64,000 nt of DNA from contig NC_090333.1 in the NCBI RefSeq assembly GCF_035084215.1, positions 75,392,001-75,456,000 of the forward strand, written 5' to 3'. The translations under genes were made by a program, and so were the position numbers. Below the pieces are notes generated by a model. It was not told the DNA's origin. It searched no databases and worked only from the letters and a program-made list of their open reading frames with translations. Positions 11,544 to 22,924 of the stretch are shown here, one piece after another. Numbering within the stretch: position 1 is the stretch's first letter; the number at the start of each line of letters is the position of its first letter. Source of the DNA: Heptranchias perlo (taxonomy: Eukaryota).

Positions 11544-13823
11544 ACCTCTTCTGACAGTGTGTCCTCGATCTGAGCTCCCTCACCTCTTCTGACAGTGTGA
11601 CCCAGATCTGAGCTCCCTCACCTCTTCTGACAGTGTGTCCTCGATCTGAACTTCCTCACCTCTTCTGACAGTGTGTCCCAGATCTGAGCTCCCTCACCTC
11701 TTCTGACAGTGTGACCCAGATCTGAACTCCCTCACCTCTTCTGACAGTGTGTCCTCGATCTGAGCTCCCTCACCTTGTCTGACAGTGTGTCCCAGATCTG
11801 AGCTCCCTCACCTCTTCTGACAGTGTGACCCAGATCTGAGCTCCCTCACCTCTTCTGACAGTGTGACCCAGATCTGAGCTCCCTCACCTCGTCTGACAGT
11901 GTGTCCTCGATCTGAACTTCCTCACCTCTTCTGACAGTGTGTCCCAGATCTGAGCTCCCTCACCTCTTCTGACAGTGTGACCCAGATCTGAGCTCCCTCA
12001 CCTCGTCTGACAGTGTGTCCTCGATCTGAACTTCCTCACCTCTTCTGACAGTGTGACCCAGATCTGAGCTCCCTCACCTCGTCTGACAGTGTGTCCTCGA
12101 TCTGAACTTCCTCACCTCTTCTGACAGTGTGACCCAGATCTGAGCTCCCTCACCTCTTCTGACAGTGTGACCCAGATCTGAGCTCCCTCACCTCTTCTGA
12201 CAGTGTGACCCAGATCTGAGCTCCATCACCTTGTCTGACAGTGTGACCCAGATCTGAGCTCCCTCACCTTGTCTGACAGTGTGACCCAGATCTGAACTCC
12301 CTCACCTCTTCTGACAGTGTGACCCAGATCTGAGCTCCCTCACCTTGTCTGACAGTGTGACCCAGATCTGAGCTCCCTCACCTCTTCTGACAGTGTGACC
12401 CAGATCTGAGCTCCCTCACCTCTTCTGACAGTGTGACCCAGATCTGAGCTCCCTCACCTCTTCTGACAGTGTGTCCTCGATCTGAGCTCCCTCACCTCTT
12501 CTGACAGTGTGTCCTCGATCTGAGCTCCCTCACCTCTTCTGACAGTGTGTCCTTGATCTGAGCTCCCTCACCTCTTCTGACAGTGTGTCCTCGATCTGAG
12601 CTCCCTCACCTCTTCTGACAGTGTGTCCTTGATCTGAACTCCCTCACCTCGTCTGACAGTGTGTCCTTGATCTGAGCTCCCTCACCTCTTCTGACAGTGT
12701 GACCCAGATCTGAGCTCCCTCACCTCTTCTGACAGTGTGACCCAGATCTGAGCTCCCTCACCTTGTCTGACAGTGTGACCCAGATCTGAACTCCCTCACC
12801 TCTTCTGACAGTGTGACCCTAATCTGAACTCCCTCACCTCTTCTGACAGTGTGACCCAGATCTGAGCTCCCTCACCTTGTCTGACAGTGTGACCCAGATC
12901 TGAGCTCCCTCACCTCTTCTGACAGTGTGTCCTTGATCTGAGCTCCCTCACCTCTTCTGACAGTGTGACCCAGATCTGAGCTCCCTCACCTTGTCTGACA
13001 GTGTGTCCCAGATCTGAGCTCCCTCACCTCTTCTGACAGTGTGTCCTTGATCTGAGCTCCCTCACCTCTTCTGACAGTGTGTCCTTGATCTGAGCTCCCT
13101 CACCTTGTCTGACAGTGTGACCCAGATCTGAACTCCCTCACCTCTTCTGACAGTGTGACCCAGATCTGAGCTCCCTCACCTCTTCTGACAGTGTGTCCTT
13201 GATCTGAGCTCCCTCACCTCTTCTGACAGTGTGACCCAGATCTGAGCTCCCTCACCTCTTCTGACAGTGTGTCCTTGATCTGAGCTCCCTCACCTCTTCT
13301 GACAGTGTGTCCTTGATCTGAGCTCCCTCACCTCTTCTGACAGTGTGACCCAGATCTGAGCTCCCTCACCTCTTCTGACAGTGTGTCCTTGATCTGAGCT
13401 CCCTCACCTTGTCTGACAGTGTGTCCTTGATCTGAGCTCCCTCACCTCTTCTGACAGTGTGACCCAGATCTGAGCTCCCTCACCTCTTCTGACAGTGTGT
13501 CCTTGATCTGAACTCCCTCACCTCTTCTGACAGTGTGTCCTTGATCTGAGCTCCCTCACCTCTTCTGACAGTGTGTCCTTGATCTGAGCTCCCTCACCTT
13601 GTCTGACAGTGTGACCCAGATCTGAGCTCCCTCACCTCTTCTGACAGTGTGACCCAGATCTGAACTCCCTCACCTCTTCTGACAGTGTGTCCTTGATCTG
13701 AGCTCCCTCACCTCTTCTGACAGTGTGACCCAGATCTGAGCTCCCTCACCTTGTCTGACAGTGTGACCCAGATCTGAGCTCCCTCACCTTGTCTGACAGT
13801 GTGACCCAGATCTGAGCTCCCTC

Positions 13824-14796
13824 TGCATTAATGACTTGGATATGAATGTAAAAGGTATGATCAGTAAGTTCGCTGATGATACAAAAATTGGTAGGGTGGT
13901 AAATAGCGAGGAGGATAGCCTCAGTCTGCAGGACGATATAGATGGGTTGGTCAGATGGGCGGAACAGTGGCAAATGGAATTTAACCCGGAAAAGTGCGAG
14001 GTGATGCACTTTGGAGGGACTAACAAGGCAAGGGAATACACAATGAATGGGAGGACCCTAGGCAAGACAGAGGGTCAGAGGGATCTTGGTGTGCAAGTTC
14101 ACAGATCCCTGAAGGCGGCGGAACAGGTAGATAAGGTGGTAAAGAAGGCATATGGGATACTTGCCTTTATTAGCCGAGGCATAGAATATAAGAGCAAGGA
14201 GGTTATGATGGAGCTGTATAAAACACTGGTTAGGCCACAGCTGGAGTACTGTGTGCAGTTCTGGTCGCCACACTACAGGAAGGATGTGATCGCTTTGGAG
14301 AGGGTGCAGAGGAGATTCACCAGGATGTTACCAGGGCTGGAGCGCTTCAGCTATGAAGAGAGACTGGGAAGATTGGGTTTGTTTTCCTTGGAGCAGAGGA
14401 GGCTGAGGGGGGACATGATTGAGGTGTACAAAATTATGAGGGGCACAGATAGGATGGATACTAAGGAGCTTTTTCCCTTCGTTGAGGGTTCTATAACAAG
14501 GGGACATAGATTCAAGGTAAAAGGCGGGAGGTTTAGAGGGGATTTGAGAAAGAACTTTTTCACCCAGAGGGTGGTTGGAGTCTGGAACTCACTGCCTGAA
14601 AGGGTTGTGGAGGCAGGAACCCTCACAACATTCAAGAAGCATTTGGATGAGCACTTGAAATGCCATAGCATACAAGGCTACGGACCAAATGCTGGAATAT
14701 GGGATTAGAGTAGACAGGGCTGATGGCCGGCGTGGACACGATGGGTCGAAGGGCCTCTCTCCGTGCTGTATAACTCTATGACTCTATGACTCTATG
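13824..14796 (+). mobile_element. 5'-truncated CR1 LINE, copy 3, 973 bp
   Basis: Same ends as copies 1 and 2; ORF 13836-14708 is open. Confidence 0.95.
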
Positions 14797-17700
14797 ACCT
14801 CTTCTGACAGTGTGTCCTCGATCTGAGCTCCCTCACCTCTTCTGACAGTGTGACCCAGATCTGAGCTCCCTCACCTCTTCTGACAGTGTGTCCTCGATCT
14901 GAGCTCCCTCACCTTGTCTGACAGTGTGTCCCAGATCTGAGCTCCCACACCTCTTCTGACAGTGTGACCCAGATCTGAGCTCCCTCACCTCTTCTGACAG
15001 TGTGTCCTCGATCTGAACTTCCTCACCTCTTCTGACAGTGTGTCCCAGATCTGAGCTCCCTCACCTCTTCTGACAGTGTGACCCAGATCTGAACTCCCTC
15101 ACCTCTTCTGACAGTGTGTCCTCGATCTGAGCTCCCTCACCTTGTCTGACAGTGTGTCCCAGATCTGAACTCCCTCACCTCTTCTGACAGTGTGACCCAG
15201 ATCTGAGCTCCCTCACCTCTTCTGACAGTGTGACCCAGATCTGAGCTCCCTCACCTCGTCTGACAGTGTGTCCTCGATCTGAACTTCCTCACCTCTTCTG
15301 ACAGTGTGTCCCAGATCTGAGCTCCCTCACCTCTTCTGACAGTGTGACCCAGATCTGAGCTCCCTCACCTCGTCTGACAGTGTGTCCTCGATCTGAACTT
15401 CCTCACCTCTTCTGACAGTGTGACCCAGATCTGAGCTCCCTCACCTCGTCTGACAGTGTGTCCTCGATCTGAACTTCCTCACCTCTTCTGACAGTGTGAC
15501 CCAGATCTGAGCTCCCTCACCTCTTCTGACAGTGTGACCCAGATCTGAGCTCCCTCACCTCTTCTGACAGTGTGACCCAGATCTGAGCTCCATCACCTTG
15601 TCTGACAGTGTGACCCAGATCTGAGCTCCCTCACCTTGTCTGACAGTGTGACCCAGATCTGAACTCCCTCACCTCTTCTGACAGTGTGACCCAGATCTGA
15701 GCTCCCTCACCTTGTCTGACAGTGTGACCCAGATCTGAGCTCCCTCACCTCTTCTGACAGTGTGACCCAGATCTGAGCTCCCTCACCTCTTCTGACAGTG
15801 TGACCCAGATCTGAGCTCCCTCACCTCTTCTGACAGTGTGTCCTCGATCTGAGCTCCCTCACCTCTTCTGACAGTGTGTCCTCGATCTGAGCTCCCTCAC
15901 CTCTTCTGACAGTGTGTCCTTGATCTGAGCTCCCTCACCTCTTCTGACAGTGTGTCCTCGATCTGAGCTCCCTCACCTCTTCTGACAGTGTGTCCTTGAT
16001 CTGAACTCCCTCATCTCGTCTGACAGTGTGTCCTTGATCTGAGCTCCCTCACCTCTTCTGACAGTGTGACCCAGATCTGAGCTCCCTCACCTCTTCTGAC
16101 AGTGTGACCCAGATCTGAGCTCCCTCACCTTGTCTGACAGTGTGACCCAGATCTGAACTCCCTCACCTCTTCTGACAGTGTGACCCTAATCTGAACTCCC
16201 TCACCTCTTCTGACAGTGTGACCCAGATCTGAGCTCCCTCACCTTGTCTGACAGTGTGACCCAGATCTGAGCTCCCTCACCTCTTCTGACAGTGTGTCCT
16301 TGATCTGAGCTCCCTCACCTCTTCTGACAGTGTGACCCAGATCTGAGCTCCCTCACCTTGTCTGACAGTGTGTCCCAGATCTGAGCTCCCTCAACTCTTC
16401 TGACAGTGTGTCCTTGATCTGAGCTCCCTCACCTCTTCTGACAGTGTGTCCTTGATCTGAGCTCCCTCACCTTGTCTGACAGTGTGACCCAGATCTGAAC
16501 TCCCTCACCTCTTCTGACAGTGTGACCCAGATCTGAGCTCCCTCACCTCTTCTGACAGTGTGTCCTTGATCTGAGCTCCCTCACCTCTTCTGACAGTGTG
16601 ACCCAGATCTGAGCTCCCTCACCTCTTCTGACAGTGTGACCCAGATCTGAGCTCCCTCACCTCTTCTGACAGTGTGACCCAGATCTGAGCTCCCTCACCT
16701 TGTCTGACAGTGTGACCCAGATCTGAGCTCCCTCACCTCTTCTGACAGTGTGACCCAGATCTGAGCTCCCTCACCTCTTCTGACAGTGTGACCCAGATCT
16801 GAGCTCCCTCACCTCTTCTGACAGTGTGTCCTTGATCTGAGCTCCCTCACCTCTTCTGACAGTGTGTCCTTGATCTGAGCTCCCTCACCTCTTCTGACAG
16901 TGTGACCCAGATCTGAGCTCCCTCACCTCTTCTGACAGTGTGTCCTTGATCTGAGCTCCCTCACCTTGTCTGACAGTGTGTCCTTGATCTGAGCTCCCTC
17001 ACCTCTTCTGACAGTGTGACCCAGATCTGAGCTCCCTCACCTCTTCTGACAGTGTGTCCTTGATCTGAACTCCCTCACCTCTTCTGACAGTGTGTCCTTG
17101 ATCTGAGCTCCCTCACCTCTTCTGACAGTGTGTCTTTGATCTGAGCTCCCTCACCTTGTCTGACAGTGTGACCCAGATCTGAGCTCCCTCACCTCTTCTG
17201 ACAGTGTGACCCAGATCTGAACTCCCTCACCTCTTCTGACAGTGTGACCCAGATCTGAGCTCCCTCACCTCTTCTGACAGTGTGTCCTTGATCTGAGCTC
17301 CCTCACCTCTTCTGACAGTGTGACCCAGATCTGAGCTCCCTCACCTTGTCTGACAGTGTGACCCAGATCTGAGCTCCCTCACCTCTTCTGACAGTGTGTC
17401 CTTGATCTGAGCTCCCTCACCTCTTCTGACAGTGTGACCCAGATCTGAGCTCCCTCACCTTGTCTGACAGTGTGACCCAGATCTGAGCTCCCTCACCTCT
17501 TCTGACAGTGTGTCCCAGATCTGAGCTCCATCACCTCTTCTGACAGTGTGTCCCAGATCTGAGCTCCCTCACCTCTTCTGACAGTGTGACCCAGATCTGA
17601 GCTCCCTCACCTTGTCTGACAGTGTGTCCCAGATCTGAGCTCCCTCACCTCTTCTGACAGTGTGTCCTTGATCTGAGCTCCCTCACCTCTTCTGACAGTG

Positions 17701-20700
17701 TGTCCTTGATCTGAGCTCCCTCACCTCTTCTGACAGTGTGACCCAGATCTGAGCTCCCTCACCTCTTCTGACAGTGTGTCCTTGATCTGAGCTCCCTCAC
17801 CTCTTCTGACAGTGTGTCCTTGATCTGAGCTCCCTCACCTCTTCTGACAGTGTGACCCAGATCTGAGCTCCCTCACCTCTTCTGACAGTGTGTCCTTGAT
17901 CTGAGCTCCCTCACCTTGTCTGACAGTGTGTCCTTGATCTGAGCTCCCTCACCTCTTCTGACAGTGTGACCCAGATCTGAGCTCCCTCACCTCTTCTGAC
18001 AGTGTGTCCTTGATCTGAGCTCCCTCACCTCTTCTGACAGTGTGTCCTCGATCTGAGCTCCCTCACCTCTTCTGACAGTGTGTCCTTGATCTGAACTCCC
18101 TCACCTCGTCTGACAGTGTGTCCTTGATCTGAGCTCCCTCACCTCTTCTGACAGTGTGACCCAGATCTGAGCTCCCTCACCTCTTCTGACAGTGTGACCC
18201 AGATCTGAGCTCCCTCACCTTGTCTGACAGTGTGACCCAGATCTGAACTCCCTCACCTCTTCTGACAGTGTGACCCTAATCTGAACTCCCTCACCTCTTC
18301 TGACAGTGTGACCCAGATCTGAGCTCCCTCACCTTGTCTGACAGTGTGACCCAGATCTGAGCTCCCTCACCTCTTCTGACAGTGTGTCCTTGATCTGAGC
18401 TCCCTCACCTCTTCTGACAGTGTGACCCAGATCTGAGCTCCCTCACCTTGTCTGACAGTGTGTCCCAGATCTGAGCTCCCTCAACTCTTCTGACAGTGTG
18501 TCCTTGATCTGAGCTCCCTCACCTCTTCTGACAGTGTGTCCTTGATCTGAGCTCCCTCACCTTGTCTGACAGTGTGACCCAGATCTGAACTCCCTCACCT
18601 CTTCTGACAGTGTGACCCAGATCTGAGCTCCCTCACCTCTTCTGACAGTGTGTCCTTGATCTGAGCTCCCTCACCTCTTCTGACAGTGTGACCCAGATCT
18701 GAGCTCCCTCACCTCTTCTGACAGTGTGACCCAGATCTGAGCTCCCTCACCTCTTCTGACAGTGTGACCCAGATCTGAGCTCCCTCACCTTGTCTGACAG
18801 TGTGACCCAGATCTGAGCTCCCTCACCTCTTCTGACAGTGTGACCCAGATCTGAGCTCCCTCACCTCTTCTGACAGTGTGACCCAGATCTGAGCTCCCTC
18901 ACCTCTTCTGACAGTGTGTCCTTGATCTGAGCTCCCTCACCTCTTCTGACAGTGTGTCCTTGATCTGAGCTCCCTCACCTCTTCTGACAGTGTGACCCAG
19001 ATCTGAGCTCCCTCACCTCTTCTGACAGTGTGTCCTTGATCTGAGCTCCCTCACCTTGTCTGACAGTGTGTCCTTGATCTGAGCTCCCTCACCTCTTCTG
19101 ACAGTGTGACCCAGATCTGAGCTCCCTCACCTCTTCTGACAGTGTGTCCTTGATCTGAACTCCCTCACCTCTTCTGACAGTGTGTCCTTGATCTGAGCTC
19201 CCTCACCTCTTCTGACAGTGTGTCTTTGATCTGAGCTCCCTCACCTTGTCTGACAGTGTGACCCAGATCTGAGCTCCCTCACCTCTTCTGACAGTGTGAC
19301 CCAGATCTGAACTCCCTCACCTCTTCTGACAGTGTGACCCAGATCTGAGCTCCCTCACCTCTTCTGACAGTGTGTCCTTGATCTGAGCTCCCTCACCTCT
19401 TCTGACAGTGTGACCCAGATCTGAGCTCCCTCACCTTGTCTGACAGTGTGACCCAGATCTGAGCTCCCTCACCTCTTCTGACAGTGTGTCCTTGATCTGA
19501 GCTCCCTCACCTCTTCTGACAGTGTGACCCAGATCTGAGCTCCCTCACCTTGTCTGACAGTGTGACCCAGATCTGAGCTCCCTCACCTCTTCTGACAGTG
19601 TGTCCCAGATCTGAGCTCCATCACCTCTTCTGACAGTGTGTCCCAGATCTGAGCTCCCTCACCTCTTCTGACAGTGTGACCCAGATCTGAGCTCCCTCAC
19701 CTTGTCTGACAGTGTGTCCCAGATCTGAGCTCCCTCACCTCTTCTGACAGTGTGTCCTTGATCTGAGCTCCCTCACCTCTTCTGACAGTGTGTCCTTGAT
19801 CTGAGCTCCCTCACCTCTTCTGACAGTGTGACCCAGATCTGAGCTCCCTCACCTCTTCTGACAGTGTGTCCTTGATCTGAGCTCCCTCACCTCTTCTGAC
19901 AGTGTGTCCTTGATCTGAGCTCCCTCACCTCTTCTGACAGTGTGACCCAGATCTGAGCTCCCTCACCTCTTCTGACAGTGTGTCCTTGATCTGAGCTCCC
20001 TCACCTTGTCTGACAGTGTGTCCTTGATCTGAGCTCCCTCACCTCTTCTGACAGTGTGACCCAGATCTGAGCTCCCTCACCTCTTCTGACAGTGTGTCCT
20101 TGATCTGAACTCCCTCACCTCTTCTGACAGTGTGTCCTTGATCTGAGCTCCCTCACCTCTTCTGACAGTGTGTCCTTGATCTGAGCTCCCTCACCTTGTC
20201 TGACAGTGTGACCCAGATCTGAGCTCCCTCACCTCTTCTGACAGTGTGTCCTTGATCTGAGCTCCCTCACCTCTTCTGACAGTGTGACCCAGATCTGAGC
20301 TCCCTCACCTTGTCTGACAGTGTGACCCAGATCTGAGCTCCCTCACCTCTTCTGACAGTGTGTCCTTGATCTGAGCTCCCTCACCTCTTCTGACAGTGTG
20401 ACCCAGATCTGAGCTCCCTCACCTTGTCTGACAGTGTGACCCAGATCTGAGCTCCCTCACCTCTTCTGACAGTGTGTCCCAGATCTGAGCTCCATCACCT
20501 CTTCTGACAGTGTGTCCCAGATCTGAGCTCCCTCACCTCTTCTGACAGTGTGACCCAGATCTGAGCTCCCTCACCTTGTCTGACAGTGTGTCCCAGATCT
20601 GAGCTCCCTCACCTCTTCTGACAGTGTGACCCAGATCTGAGCTCCCTCACCTCTTCTGACAGTGTGTCCTTGATCTGAGCTCCCTCACCTCTTCTGACAG

Positions 20701-22799
20701 TGTGTCCTTGATCTGAGCTCCCTCACCTTGTCTGACAGTGTGACCCAGATCTGAACTCCCTCACCTCTTCTGACAGTGTGACCCAGATCTGAGCTCCCTC
20801 ACCTCTTCTGACAGTGTGTCCTTGATCTGAGCTCCCTCACCTCTTCTGACAGTGTGACCCAGATCTGAGCTCCCTCACCTCTTCTGACAGTGTGTCCTTG
20901 ATCTGAGCTCCCTCACCTCTTCTGACAGTGTGTCCTTGATCTGAGCTCCCTCACCTCTTCTGACAGTGTGTCCTTGATCTGAGCTCCCTCACCTATTCTG
21001 ACAGTGTGACCCAGATCTGAGCTCCCTCACCTCTTCTGACAGTGTGTCCTTGATCTGAGCTCCCTCACCTTGTCTGACAGTGTGTCCTTGATCTGAGCTC
21101 CCTCACCTCTTCTGACAGTGTGACCCAGATCTGAGCTCCCTCACCTCTTCTGACAGTGTGTCCTTGATCTGAACTCCCTCACCTCTTCTGACAGTGTGTC
21201 CTTGATCTGAGCTCCCTCACCTCTTCTGACAGTGTGTCCTTGATCTGAGCTCCCTCACCTTGTCTGACAGTGTGACCCAGATCTGAGCTCCCTCACCTCT
21301 TCTGACAGTGTGACCCAGATCTGAACTCCCTCACCTCTTCTGACAGTGTGTCCTTGATCTGAGCTCCCTCACCTCTTCTGACAGTGTGACCCAGATCTGA
21401 GCTCCCTCACCTTGTCTGACAGTGTGACCCAGATCTGAGCTCCCTCACCTCTTCTGACAGTGTGTCCTTGATCTGAGCTCCCTCACCTCTTCTGACAGTG
21501 TGACCCAGATCTGAGCTCCCTCACCTTGTCTGACAGTGTGACCCAGATCTGAGCTCCCTCACCTCTTCTGACAGTGTGTCCCAGATCTGAGCTCCATCAC
21601 CTCTTCTGACAGTGTGTCCCAGATCTGAGCTCCCTCACCTCTTCTGACAGTGTGACCCAGATCTGAGCTCCCTCACCTTGTCTGACAGTGTGACCCAGAT
21701 CTGAACTCCCTCACCTCTTCTGACAGTGTGACCCAGATCTGAGCTCCCTCACCTCTTTCTGACAGTGTGACCCAGATCTGAGCTCCCTCACCTCTTCTGA
21801 CAGTGTGACCCAGATCTGAGCTCCCTCACCTCTTCTGACAGTGTGACCCGGATCTGAGCTCCCTCACCTCTTCTGACAGTTTATCCCAGATCTGAGCTCC
21901 CTCACATCTTTCTGACAGTGTGTCCTCGATCTGAACTCCCTCACCTCTTCTGACAGTGTGTCCTCGATCTCAACTCCCTCACCTCTTCTGACAGTGTGTC
22001 CTCGATCTGAACTCCCTCACCTCTTCTGACAGTGTGTCCTCGATCTGAGCTCCCTCACCTCTTCTGACAGTGTATCCCAGATCTGAGCTCCCTCACCTCT
22101 TCTGACAGTGTATCCCAGATCTGAACTCCCTCACCTCGTCTGACAGTGTGACCCAGATCTGAACTCCCTCACCTCTTCTGACAGTGTGTCCCAGATCTGA
22201 GCTTCCTCACCTCTTCTGACAGTGTGACCCAGATCTGTACTCCCTCACCTCGTCTGACAGTGTGACCCAGATCTGAACTCCCTCACCACTTGCCGACAGT
22301 GTGACCCGGATCTGAGCTCCCTCAACATCTATGTCTTTTCCAAAATCTAACACTCTCATCACCGCCTGTCCACAGTTTGGAGTCCGCTCATCATCTCTGA
22401 AGCTACCCGTTTAGCTTCTCACCTTCTCCGCCATCTCCAAGCCAGATTCTTCGGTCCTGCATCATCTCTTACAACTTGGAAGAGGCATCCTTGTCTCATA
22501 CTTGTCTTGATCTCGCTTATAGATCTGTTTGGGCACAGCACAGAAGAGTGTGCTGCTGCCTGGTCTGACATGACTCTTCTGATTATCAATGACTTCAAGT
22601 AACCTTCAAGGAATCAACATCATCATCTTAATTCTGGGTTCCGTCTAGCAGTGCAAGAGAGCCCGAATTTGCCCTGAAGCAGCAGGGCACAGCCTCAGAA
22701 GTGAGTGATCTGACAGAGAGCACAGCAGAATCTGGTCTGCTCAACATACAGCAATAAAGCTCCATCCAAACAGTTTGTACTTTCCAACTTCATACATTA

Positions 22800-22924
22800 A
22801 AAAGAAAAAAGACTTGCATTTATACAGTGCCTTTCGTGACCTCAGGACATCCCAAGGCACTTCACAGCTAATGAAGTACTTTTTGAAGTGCAGTCACTGT
22901 TGTAATGTAGGAAATGTGGCAGCC
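22800..22924 (-). mobile_element. DeuSINE-like SINE, 3' part (split by LINE insertion)
   Basis: Matches ~52350-52473 of the full copy (gacttgcattta...cctcaggacatc...tgttgtaa.gtaggaaa..ggcagcc). Confidence 0.85.

Larger units (their letters stand above)
5263..22324. repeat. 38-bp minisatellite array (~370 units) interrupted by three CR1 copies
   Basis: Unit CACCTCTTCTGACAGTGTGACCCAGATCTGAGCTCCCT, period 38 (5263 to 5301). Recurrent variants include CACCTTGTCT, GTGTCCTTGATC and TGAACT. Confidence 0.98.

Noticed and set aside
5733-14708. The 290-aa ORFs as a functional tandem RT gene family associated with a repeat array (retron- or DGR-like system)
   Set aside because: They begin just before FADD and lack the endonuclease and most RT motifs. 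The start is a non-ATG codon next to the truncation point, a CR1 3' tail is present, and one copy has a nonsense change.
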